Positions 24,470 through 34,909 of a DNA stretch of 64,000 bases are shown here, piece after piece. The position numbers and the translations under genes are program-made. The DNA lies in the NCBI GenBank assembly GCA_001600695.1, contig BCKQ01000007.1, positions 190,613 through 254,612 of the forward strand. The letters run 5' to 3'. The notes beneath the pieces were generated by a model. It saw only the letters and a list, made by a program, of their open reading frames with translations, made no database searches and had not been told where the DNA came from. Each line of letters starts with the position of its first letter. The first letter of the stretch is position 1. The DNA comes from Ascoidea asiatica JCM 7603 (Eukaryota; Fungi; Ascomycota).

Positions 24470-27436
24470 ATGATTTTTTTAAAAAATTCATTAATTTATA
24501 TATTCTCTCTATTCTTTTGCTTATCTTATTATTTCATTCCAATATATTCATTAAAATCAACAAGAAATTCAATCAAAAATAAGAAAACTTATTATAAATA
24601 TAATAATCCAAATTTTTACGATTACAATAACAATAACATAAATAATAACAATAACATAAACAATAACTATTTCAATATTAATCAATTAAATAATAATATA
24701 AATCAAAGAAATTTCTCAATTTCTAAATTTTTTTTACCTTTATTTTTTTCAATCTTTATTTTATATTTCCCATTAAAATTATTACTTAAAAATTTTAATA
24801 TAAATTTAAATTTTACAAAATTTTCAAAAAATTTAATTAAAAAAAATAAAAATTTAATTAAAAAAAATTTAAAATACTATTTAAATTTAAATTCAAATAA
24901 TATTTTAAATATAAATAATATAAGTAATTTGTTTTTTAATAATATGCGTAATAAAAATAAATCAAAAAAAAAAAATAGTAATAACAATAACAATAACAAT
25001 AATAACATTTTAACTAGAAATAGAAATAGATTTAATAATAAATTTAATAATAAATTTAATAATAAATTTAATAATAAATTTAATAAAAATAAAAAAAAAT
25101 TAAATAATTTAAATATTATAGCTTTAAAAAATGGTGGTTTAGTTGGTGGTTTAACAAATGATGGTAATACTTGTTTTATGAATTCAGTTTTACAATCTTT
25201 ATCTTCAAGTAAATTTTTTTTAAAATTTATTCAAAATACAATTAATCAAGATAATTTAAATAATTTAAATAATCAAAATAATCAAAATAATCAAAATAAT
25301 ATTCAATTTACAAAATCTTTATTAATTTTATTAAATAAATTAAATGATAAACATTATAAAAATGAAGTTGAATATAATGTACAACCTTTAATTAAAAAAA
25401 TGAATAAAAATTTTGAAAAACATAGTTTCTTAGGAATTTATAATCAAGAAGATGCTCAAGAATTTTTTCAATTACTTTTAACTCAAATTGAAAAAGAATT
25501 AAAACTTTTAAATAAAAATGAAAATAATGAAAATAATGAAAAATTTGAAGATTTAAAAATTTTAAAAAAAATTAATTCAAATTCAAAAATTATTATAGGT
25601 TTAAATAAAATTGGTTATTTAGGTAAAGTTTATGTACCTGCAATTCAAATTGATCCAAAAAATGGTTTAAATAAATATTTTGGTTTAAATTTAATAACTC
25701 CTGTTGATGGTATAAATGTTGAAAGAATTGGATGTTTAAATTGTGGTGAAACTGGTGGTATAAGATATTCTGTAATTAGTGGTTTAAGTTTAAATTTACC
25801 TCAACAACAACAACAACAACAACAATATAATAGTTTTTATTCATATGGTAGAAATAATTCAATAAAATTAGAAGAATTATTAGAAGAATATATTAAAGAA
25901 GAAATTATTGAAGATGTTGAATGTAATAGATGTGGATTAATTTCAATTGCAGATTTTCTTAAAGATAAAATAATTAATTTAAATGAAAAAATAAATAATA
26001 ATAAAGAAGACATTAAAGACATTGAAGAAAATGAAGAAATTGAAGAAATTGAAGAAAATAAAGAAGAAAATGAATCAATGAATGATAATAAAATAAATAA
26101 TTTGAAAATTAAAGAATTATATGAACTTAAATTAAAAGAAATTGAAAATGAATTAAAACAAAAAATTATTGAAGATGATGATTATAAAAGATTAAAAAGT
26201 AATAATATTTCAAATAATAGTAATATTTTTGTTTCAAAATCTTCAAAAAGTAAACAAAATTTTATTGAAAGACCACCTTCATTATTATCAATACATATTA
26301 ATAGATCTGTATTTGATTATAATACTGGATCAATAATTAAAAATAATATAAATATTGAATTTCCAATGAAATTAAATTTAAATAATTATGTTTCTATAGA
26401 TGAAGATATTAATGTTGATGCAAGAAAACCAATGAGAAAACAAGATGAATTAAAAATTCGATTAAAAGAGTTAATAGAATTAAAAGAAAATAAAAATTTA
26501 AAAGAATTTGAAGAAATAAAAAATGATGAAGAAATTAAAAAAATTAAAGAAGATGAAGATGAAAGTAAAGAAGAAGATGAAGAAATTAAAAAAATTAAAG
26601 AAGAATTAAAAAAATATGAAAATATTAAAAAAAAATTAGATTATAAATTAAAATCAGTTATTTTACATTATGGTACACATAATTATGGACATTATGTTGC
26701 ATTTAGAAAACATAGAGGAAATTGGTGGAATATTTCAGATGAAGAAGTTGAAGTTACAACTAAAGAAGAAGTTTTAAATTCATCAGGAGTTTTTATGTTA
26801 TTTTATGAAAAAGATAATGAAAATAGTGATGATATTGAAGATAGAGAATATAATTATGAAAATGAAGAAGATAAGAGTGCTGAAGAAGACGAAGAGCAAG
26901 AAGATGAAGAAGAGAATAATGAAGAAGAAGAAGAAGAAGAAGAAGAAGAAGAAGAAGAAGATGATGATGATGATGATGAATTAGATTCAGAAGTAGCTGA
27001 AGAAGATATTACCAATAATAGTAATACTAGTGGTTATAAGAAATATAGTGATTTTGATGAAAATGAAGATAGTAATGATATAACTGTTGATGGAACGGCT
27101 CTGGATAATGATTCTATGCAATTAAATTTGTCAAGTGATGTTAATGTTGATTATGATGAAGAGTTTGAAGAAGAAGAAGAAAACCGAAATGGAGATTTAT
27201 TAGGATTTTCATCAGTTTCGTCTAAGGAAAATAATAAAGAATCTGAGATTTTAAAAGTACAAAATGAAAAGAATATTCAAGAACCAGATATAGATATGGA
27301 ATCTTCAAAAGAAGATATAAAAGATATTGTGAAAACAATAAAAGATAATCAAAATAATTCAAAAAATTCATTATCAAAAACATCTTCATCAAGTTCAGTA
27401 AATGAAGTTTTAACATTTTCTACAGCTAATATATAA
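24470..27436 (+). CDS. UBP1: Ubiquitin-specific protease Ubp1-like with hydrophobic N-terminal segments
   Basis: Cys box GLTNDGNTCFMNSVLQSL, QEDAQEFF, IHINRSVFD and His box HYGTHNYGHYVAFRK, with an acidic tail. Adjacent to YFH1, as in S. cerevisiae. Confidence 0.88.
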   Translation: MIFLKNSLIYIFSLFFCLSYYFIPIYSLKSTRNSIKNKKTYYKYNNPNFYDYNNNNINNNNNINNNYFNINQLNNNINQRNFSISKFFLPLFFSIFILYFPLKLLLKNFNINLNFTKFSKNLIKKNKNLIKKNLKYYLNLNSNNILNINNISNLFFNNMRNKNKSKKKNSNNNNNNNNNILTRNRNRFNNKFNNKFNNKFNNKFNKNKKKLNNLNIIALKNGGLVGGLTNDGNTCFMNSVLQSLSSSKFFLKFIQNTINQDNLNNLNNQNNQNNQNNIQFTKSLLILLNKLNDKHYKNEVEYNVQPLIKKMNKNFEKHSFLGIYNQEDAQEFFQLLLTQIEKELKLLNKNENNENNEKFEDLKILKKINSNSKIIIGLNKIGYLGKVYVPAIQIDPKNGLNKYFGLNLITPVDGINVERIGCLNCGETGGIRYSVISGLSLNLPQQQQQQQQYNSFYSYGRNNSIKLEELLEEYIKEEIIEDVECNRCGLISIADFLKDKIINLNEKINNNKEDIKDIEENEEIEEIEENKEENESMNDNKINNLKIKELYELKLKEIENELKQKIIEDDDYKRLKSNNISNNSNIFVSKSSKSKQNFIERPPSLLSIHINRSVFDYNTGSIIKNNINIEFPMKLNLNNYVSIDEDINVDARKPMRKQDELKIRLKELIELKENKNLKEFEEIKNDEEIKKIKEDEDESKEEDEEIKKIKEELKKYENIKKKLDYKLKSVILHYGTHNYGHYVAFRKHRGNWWNISDEEVEVTTKEEVLNSSGVFMLFYEKDNENSDDIEDREYNYENEEDKSAEEDEEQEDEEENNEEEEEEEEEEEEEDDDDDDELDSEVAEEDITNNSNTSGYKKYSDFDENEDSNDITVDGTALDNDSMQLNLSSDVNVDYDEEFEEEEENRNGDLLGFSSVSSKENNKESEILKVQNEKNIQEPDIDMESSKEDIKDIVKTIKDNQNNSKNSLSKTSSSSSVNEVLTFSTANI

Positions 27437-27584
27437 CTTTAAATAAGTTTTTTGACATTTTAGATTTTTTCATTTTCATTTTCATTTTCATTTTCATTCT
27501 CATTTTAATTTTTATTTTTATTTCAAGCTTTAAAATTTAAAATTTCACTAAATTTTTAAGTGAAATTTCAAAAAGAGAATTAAG

Positions 27585-28300
27585 GTTTCTGGGTGCAGTC
27601 TGCAGCTGCGTGTGAATGTACATGTGCATTAAACCCACAAAAATGGATATTGTGGTCATGTGACCAATTTTTTTTGTATTTCCTGTTAAGCATGTGACTG
27701 CGTAAATAAAAACATGTAATAAATCCTGTTCCTTTGTTACGGCTTTGAATTCCATTACAAACTCCTTGAAAAAAGGTTAGTGTGTGGCTGGTGGCGGGTG
27801 TGTTGAATCCCTGCAGCATAATTGCATCATTACCTGCAGTAGTTTAGTCACGTGCTGTTTACCCTTTTTTTTATTATCAATTATATTCCATAATATCAAG
27901 GGATGCATGTATACATAACTCCCTTTTTTTTGTTTCTTTACCTCTCCTATTTCCTATATTTTTCTCCAGTATTATCTCCCTATTGAACCAAATACCCCCG
28001 TGCTCTATCCCCTAGGCGAGTCTTCCCCCCTTTTCTGCTGCGCCACCCTGGCTGCACCCACCCAATCCTCTGCGCCGTACCACTCCCATGGCTCTGCGGC
28101 GCTGCCATGAAAATTTTCCTTTTCTTCCTCGCTCTTTTTTTCGTGTCTTTCGCTGCTCAATGAAATCTTCCGTGTTTTCGCTGCTACTAAACACCACTTC
28201 TGCCACCACTTCTACTACCATTTCTACTAAACACTTCTACTAAACACTTCTACTAAACACTTCTTTCTACCACTGCTACTAAACAACTGCGCTCTGTTCC
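27585..28300 (+). promoter_or_regulatory. GC-rich upstream island of PUB1 with three E-box-like sites
   Basis: GTCATGTGAC 27655-27664, CATGTGAC 27691-27698, GTCACGTG 27847-27854. Confidence 0.55.
28222..28264 (+). repeat. (TTCTACTAAACAC)3 minisatellite with flanking degenerate copies
   Basis: 13-bp unit read directly; further CTACTAAACA copies near 28184 and 28276. Confidence 0.85.
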
Positions 28301-29274
28301 TATTATTACTACTCCTACTACTGCTTTTACTTTTTTTACTACTTTTACCACTAACTACTACCGTTACTATTACTATTACTATTAAATCTAATATATTCAA
28401 TATTTTCCTTAGATTTTCTTACTTTTACTTTCATTTCTATTATATTCCTCTCTTTTTTTTTTTTTTTTGATATCTTTCAATATTAAAAAAATAAATATAT
28501 CTTTATTTATTTCAAATCTAATTCAAATATACTTTTTATTGATAATTAATTCTATTGATATTTCTTTTTGATATTTCTATTTCTATTTTATCTTAAACTT
28601 TTATTATTCTATTATTCTATTATTCTATTATTCTATTATTCTTTTATTTTATCTATTTTGTTAATTTTGTTATTTTTTTATATATCATTTTATCATTTTA
28701 TCATATAAATTAATCAATCATCTTATAATTTTCTCATTCAATAATCAATCTCATATCTTAAATTTTATCATTTTTATTTCATTTAATTCATCAATTAATA
28801 TTAAATAAAAAAAAAAAAAAAAACATTTATAGTAAATCATTTATCATTAATCATTTATCATTTATCATTTATCATTCATCAATTGTCAATTATCAATTAT
28901 CAATTATCAATTACTTAATAATAATAAATATAATTTCAAAATAATTTAAAAAATTTTAAATTCATATTAGTTTATCTATTTATTTTTTTTTTTTTACTTT
29001 TTTTAAATTTATTTATTTATATATTTCATATATTTTATATCAATTATCAATAACTATTAATCAATTAATCAATTAACAATTGAAAAGACAAAGACATTTT
29101 ATTTTATTTTATTATTCTATTGTATATCTTTCTAAAAATTTATTCAATTCAATTTAATTTATTTACTTACTTATTCATTTATTTACTAATATATTTACTT
29201 ACTTACTTATTTATTCTATTGTTTTTTATTATCCATTTATATATAAATTACTCTAAAATTATCTTTTTTACAAA

Positions 29275-31065
29275 ATGAGTACTAATGAAACTATCCCCAC
29301 TTCTTCTGATCAAAGTGTTCCTCCTTTAGATCAACAACAACAACAACAACAACAACAGGATCAACAACCTCAAGCAAATCAAATTCAATCTGAAAATGAT
29401 GATCAATCAATTAATCAACAACAACAACAACAACAACAAGTTCCTCAACAACAACAACAACAAGTCAATCAAGGTGTTCCTCAACAACAAGTAAATCAAC
29501 AAGTTGTTAATCAACAAGCTGAAATTCAACCTGCAAATGCTACTCAAGGTGGTAGAGAAATTTCAAATAAAATCTTATATGTTGGTGGTTTACCAAAAAC
29601 TGTTACTGATGATATGTTAAGAGAATTATTTGCTGTAACTGGTCCTGTAGAATCTGTAAAAATTTTATTTGATAAAAATAAACCTGGTTTTAATTATGCT
29701 TTTATAGAATATGATAATTCTCAAAGTGCAGAAATGGCAAAACATACTTTAAATAATAGAGTTATTAATAATTCTGAAATTTCAATTAATTGGGCTTATC
29801 AATCTCAACAAGCAAAATCTAATGATTCAACTTTTAATATCTTCATTGGTGATTTATCAAGTGAAGTTAATGATGATTTATTAGCAAAATCTTTTTCAAG
29901 ATTTAATTCAATGTTACAAGCTCATGTAATGTGGGATATGCAAACTGGTAGATCAAGAGGTTATGGTTTTGTTTCTTTTTCTGATCATGGTGATGCTGAA
30001 AATGCAATTAAAACAATGAATGGTGAATGGATTGGTGGTAGAACAATTAGATGTAATTGGGCTTCTCATAAACAAAATGCTCAACAAAATCAAAATATGA
30101 ATCAACAACAACAACAACAACAACAACAACAAAATATGAATCAAAGTATGAATCAAAATATGAATCAAAATAATAATAATAATAATAATCAAAATATGAT
30201 TTCAAATATGATTCCAAATATGAATCCAAATATGATCCCAAATATGAATCAACAACAAAATAATCAAATTTTATCTCAATCTTTAAATAATCAAAATCCT
30301 TTAAATAATCAACAAAATAATTTCTTAAATAATAATTCAAATAATTCAATTAATCAAATGAATCAATTAAATCAATTAAATAATCCAAATAATTCAAATT
30401 CAAATTCTACTAATAATAATAATAATAATAATAATTCTGCTCAATTATCAAATTCTTCAAATGATTTAAATAGTCCAAATAATTTAAATAATCCTTTAAA
30501 TTTACAATCAAATCAATCTGTTTTTAATAATCAAAATTCAATGAATTTATCTCCAAATCAAGATTTACAAAATTTATCTACTTCAACTTCTTCAAATCAA
30601 CAATCTTCTCAAAATAATTCAAATAATTCAAATCCTTTAAATAGTCCAATGAATCCAATGGGTATTCCTTCAATTCCAAATCAAAATCAAAATAATAATT
30701 CAAATCAAGGTTCAATTCAAATTGGTGGTATGCCTCCAATTCAATCTTATGATATGGTTGTTAGACAAACTCCTTCTTGGCAAGCAACTGTTTATCTTGG
30801 TAATTTAGCTCATTTCACTACTCAAAATGAATTAATTCCTTTATTACAAAATTTTGGTTTTATTGTTGATTTTAAATTTCATCCTGAAAGAGGTTGCGCT
30901 TTTGTTAAATATGATTCTCATGAAAGAGCTGCTTTAGCAATTGTTCAATTAGCTGGTTTAAATGTTAATGGTAGACCATTAAAATGTGGTTGGGGTAAAG
31001 ATAGACCTCCAAATATGCCATATAATAATTATGGTCGTGTTATGTATGGTGGTCAACAACGTTAA
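29275..31065 (+). CDS. PUB1: Poly(U)-binding protein Pub1 (TIA-1 family, three RRMs, Q/N-rich regions)
   Basis: GGREISNKILYVGGL, HVMWDMQTGRSRGYGFVSF, IRCNWA, TVYLGNL and GRPLKCGWGK motifs. Confidence 0.94.
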   Translation: MSTNETIPTSSDQSVPPLDQQQQQQQQQDQQPQANQIQSENDDQSINQQQQQQQQVPQQQQQQVNQGVPQQQVNQQVVNQQAEIQPANATQGGREISNKILYVGGLPKTVTDDMLRELFAVTGPVESVKILFDKNKPGFNYAFIEYDNSQSAEMAKHTLNNRVINNSEISINWAYQSQQAKSNDSTFNIFIGDLSSEVNDDLLAKSFSRFNSMLQAHVMWDMQTGRSRGYGFVSFSDHGDAENAIKTMNGEWIGGRTIRCNWASHKQNAQQNQNMNQQQQQQQQQQNMNQSMNQNMNQNNNNNNNQNMISNMIPNMNPNMIPNMNQQQNNQILSQSLNNQNPLNNQQNNFLNNNSNNSINQMNQLNQLNNPNNSNSNSTNNNNNNNNSAQLSNSSNDLNSPNNLNNPLNLQSNQSVFNNQNSMNLSPNQDLQNLSTSTSSNQQSSQNNSNNSNPLNSPMNPMGIPSIPNQNQNNNSNQGSIQIGGMPPIQSYDMVVRQTPSWQATVYLGNLAHFTTQNELIPLLQNFGFIVDFKFHPERGCAFVKYDSHERAALAIVQLAGLNVNGRPLKCGWGKDRPPNMPYNNYGRVMYGGQQR

Positions 31066-32296
31066 ATTTCCTCAATTTTTTTAATAAAACAAAATTAAAA
31101 AAACTAAAAAAAATGAAAAATTCTTTAAAATCTATTTTTTGGAAATCAATTTTTTTAAATTAAAAGACTGTGTATATCAATTTTTGTTGTTGTTTATTAT
31201 TATTCATCTTTATAAGTATATCTTTCTTTTTTTAAAATTTGGCTTTGACTTTTTTTAATTTATTTTACTTCAATTGATTTCTTCAAAATTTTTTTTTTTT
31301 TTTCTTTTTTTTAATTTTAATTTATTCTCAAATTTTCTATTTTGAGGTTTTTTTTAATTATTCGTGCTTTAAAAACTTATTCTGTGTTGTTTAAATTTAA
31401 AGAGAGAAAAAAAAAATAAAGATTCATAAATTTTAAATTCAATATTTTATTCATTATCATATACTTTTTAAATTTTATTTATTCATTTATCTATTATTTA
31501 TCATTTATATATAATATTCCTACTTTTTATTACTTGATTTTTTTTTCTTTACTTATTTTTTAACCTCTTATTTACAACCTCTGTCTATCTCTATCTCTAT
31601 ATCTATCTCTGTCTCTATCTCTATATTTATCTTTATCTCTTTATAACTCTATATCTACTTTTTATCTTTATATTTATCTTTATCTTTTTAAGATTTTTAT
31701 GATTTATTTAAAGAATTTTGTTAATATCTTTTTGGGGTTTATTGTTATTATTTATTTATCTTTAATTTATAATTAAGTTAACTTTTTTTTTATATAATTT
31801 TTATAAAAAGAAAAAAATTCTATTGTTTTAAATTTTTTTTATTTATTTATTATCAATAGGCCTTTATTTTAATATTTTTTTTTATTTTAATCGTTGATTA
31901 TTTAACTACTATCTTTTTTGGGGTCATATTTTGTCTTCTAATTATGTTTGTTATTTATCTTATCTACTATTTATATGTCATATATATTTAAAATATAATT
32001 TGTTTTACTCTATTTAAAAATTATTGAACAATCATTGTAGTTTATGTAATTGATTTTAAATTAAAAATTGTGAAATGGATTTTGATTTATAGTACATCTA
32101 AAAGTATTAAATTATAATTATGTAAAAGAAATAGATAAATGAAAAAAAAATTTAATAGATTTTTATAAAAAAGTTCTTGAAGAATTAAATAATTGTCAGG
32201 AAGAAATAAGAAAATATAATTGAAAAATATGAATGAAATGCTATTAATGAATTGAAATAATAAAGCTATGCAAATATTGTTAAAATTTAGTTGATT

Positions 32297-33685
32297 CTAA
32301 ACCAATAACCAAATTGCACCTGCTATTAAAGAAATCCCAATAACAGCTGTTATTACTGAAGCTCCAGCAGTATCTTTTGTATGTAGGGTCAATGCAGAAT
32401 CATCATCAGCATTTAAATCTTCAGTTCCTGCAGCAGAATCACCTAAGGAAGATCCTCCATCTTTTGCTGTATATGGAGCAGGTCTATCTCCAATTCTTAA
32501 TTGTTGAAAGATTTCTAAAGCTGACATTTGTTCACCTAAACCATAATAACCATCCCAAGTTCCATTATACCAATTTATACCACAAGTATGACCATCAGTA
32601 CCTCCGGAACAAGAAGCAGCAGCACCAATTGCAGAAGTTTGTAATAAACTATAAATTGAATCATAAGTTGAAGGAACTAAAACAGCAGTTGCACCTAAAA
32701 ATCTTGCAAAATAAGCTTTGAAAGATCTTTGATCATTATTACAAGTACCAGCATTTTGGCAAGCTGCTTCGTACATTATATTATTTTTGAAAAAAACTGA
32801 AGCACCTTCTAATAAGTTCTCAGTTCTGTTTAACCATTTCTCTTCTTCAGTAAAATTATAAAGATATGCACAACCTGCTAACATCATACCTTGATTATAA
32901 GTCCATTGTAATTTTGAAAGATTTTGACAATCATTTGTAATATCAGCACCATCATAAACAAACCACCAAGTATCAGTAGTTATAAAATCAACAGCTACCA
33001 TCCAATCCCAAACCATATCACACCATTGAACATAAGTTTCATTTGAAGTATATCTTGCTAATCTTGCACCGATTTGAAAAAAAGCACCATTGGAAACAGC
33101 ATTTTTATAATCATAACCTGTATTCCATTGAAAAATTTGCCATCTTAAACCTCCTCCACAATCATCAATATCCCATCTATAAGCCATGGTATTAAATACA
33201 GCTTGTGCTAAATACAACCAACCATATTGTTCTTCATCACCAGTTGGATTTGTAAAATTTCTTTCTGCGGCTTCCATGGCTGCCAAACCCCAAAAGCCTT
33301 GATCATCATTACCTTCAGTTGTAGATTGATTTGAAGGTACATAATCATAATTTGAACCAACCTGAAATAATAAAGCTTCTTTAGTTTGATTTTCATAAGT
33401 TGTATTTTCCATTAAAAACCAATAACCAATTAATGTACCCCAAGCTCCACCAGCTTCCCACCAATAATAAGGATCAGAAAACATTCCAGGAGTTTCACCA
33501 TATTGATCACCAGTATAATAATCCATTAAACCATCAGCTACTAAAGCTGCGGCTGTATTAAGAGAATCACTGTCACTGACATTTAAATCAAGAGAATTTG
33601 AAATTTTAAAAAAACTCAAAAAAACTAAACATATTGATAATATAGGATAAAAAACTAATATATCTTTTGATTTGAAATTCACCAT
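32297..33685 (-). CDS. GH76 GPI-anchored mannosidase/transglycosidase (Dfg5/Dcw1)
   Basis: Signal peptide, YYWWEAGG, EGNDDQGFW catalytic DD, CGGGLRWQIF, WTYNQG and SFKAY motifs, and a C-terminal hydrophobic GPI signal. Confidence 0.96.
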   Translation of the reverse strand: MVNFKSKDILVFYPILSICLVFLSFFKISNSLDLNVSDSDSLNTAAALVADGLMDYYTGDQYGETPGMFSDPYYWWEAGGAWGTLIGYWFLMENTTYENQTKEALLFQVGSNYDYVPSNQSTTEGNDDQGFWGLAAMEAAERNFTNPTGDEEQYGWLYLAQAVFNTMAYRWDIDDCGGGLRWQIFQWNTGYDYKNAVSNGAFFQIGARLARYTSNETYVQWCDMVWDWMVAVDFITTDTWWFVYDGADITNDCQNLSKLQWTYNQGMMLAGCAYLYNFTEEEKWLNRTENLLEGASVFFKNNIMYEAACQNAGTCNNDQRSFKAYFARFLGATAVLVPSTYDSIYSLLQTSAIGAAASCSGGTDGHTCGINWYNGTWDGYYGLGEQMSALEIFQQLRIGDRPAPYTAKDGGSSLGDSAAGTEDLNADDDSALTLHTKDTAGASVITAVIGISLIAGAIWLLV

Positions 33686-34879
33686 TTTTTTTTATAAAGA
33701 AGTGTTTATCTAATTTAAATTCTGAAATCTCATAAACTACAATAAATAGTAATAATATGCAATATTTTTAAGAAAAAATTATAAATAAAGATTGGAAAAT
33801 GACTGAAATCTTAATTCTAAATTTTTCTATTCCATGAAATTAAATTAAGCTTTCTCTATTATAAATAAGAATTAGCAAAGGTCTTTCTGAATGCCAGTTT
33901 CTAGTCAATTACACCTATAAAAGTTTACTTCTATTTTAGTATATTTGAAATATTTATTCTTGTCAATTCGACTATTTTCTTTCAAAATATTGGTATTATT
34001 TACCTTTCTCTCATATGTTTCCCAGTTTCTTAATTAAATTAATAATGCTGGATAAAATCCATTTATTAAGACATCGAAGAAAAACCTCAGCACGTGATAA
34101 TAACACAAGATCTGAATTCTTGCCCTGAAATGAGGAATTGTTTGTCCTGATCTAGTGCAATGGAAATTTTTGGATAAAAAAGGGGTTTACCATTATAGCG
34201 GATCCTCAAACTTTCTATTCTCTTTTCCGGTGGCTCAGTATTTAGTCGCGGAATATCTTTCCGTCAATTAAGGATGTATGTTTGTCAAGTTTTCCAGTTC
34301 CGTATGCGGTTTGAAAATAATCTTTTTTTTCTATTTTTTGAGCGTGGGAATTAACGCAATTCTACGAAGAATATGGTATTTTTGTGCGCAAAATATCTCC
34401 ACGCAATTAAGCGGCCTTCTACCCCGAATTCATTGCGGCGAGCCGTTTGTACACAGATTCATATAGACTTTTGCGTTGCCATATTTAAGATTGATTCGTA
34501 AAGCAACGTAAGCGCATTATGTAAGATGCAAAGGCTGACTGATTCTGCATTTGATGACTTTGAACGTACTCGCTGTAAACTGCTGTGCTTAGTGGGGCAG
34601 CTGTTTTTTTTGTTGAATAAAATCAAAACGGGGGTTGGTGTATGACATAAGGGCTATTGAACTATTGTTTTATTTGAGCCAATAAAAGTAAAAAAACTCA
34701 AAATAAAACTCAAGTTTCCAATTATTTACGTTCATTCTTTTTTCAACCATTGTTGTATTCATGAATTTGTAAATTCTATTATTTTCGGTTTAATTTGTGG
34801 AAAATTTGGATAACTAATGTAAATTCTAAAAACATTAGGTTTCAACCAAAAAAGTCTAGATTTAAGTATCTCCTTCGAC

Positions 34880-34909
34880 ATCACGAATATCATTAATGAT
34901 ATTCGTGAT
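34880..34909. repeat. Perfect 30-bp palindrome ATCACGAATATCATTAATGATATTCGTGAT
   Basis: The sequence equals its own reverse complement (checked base by base). Confidence 0.95.

Noticed and set aside
28300-29274. Possible 5'UTR intron in PUB1
   Set aside because: Only TACTAAT-like matches; no convincing GTAAGT/GTATGT donor with TACTAAC.
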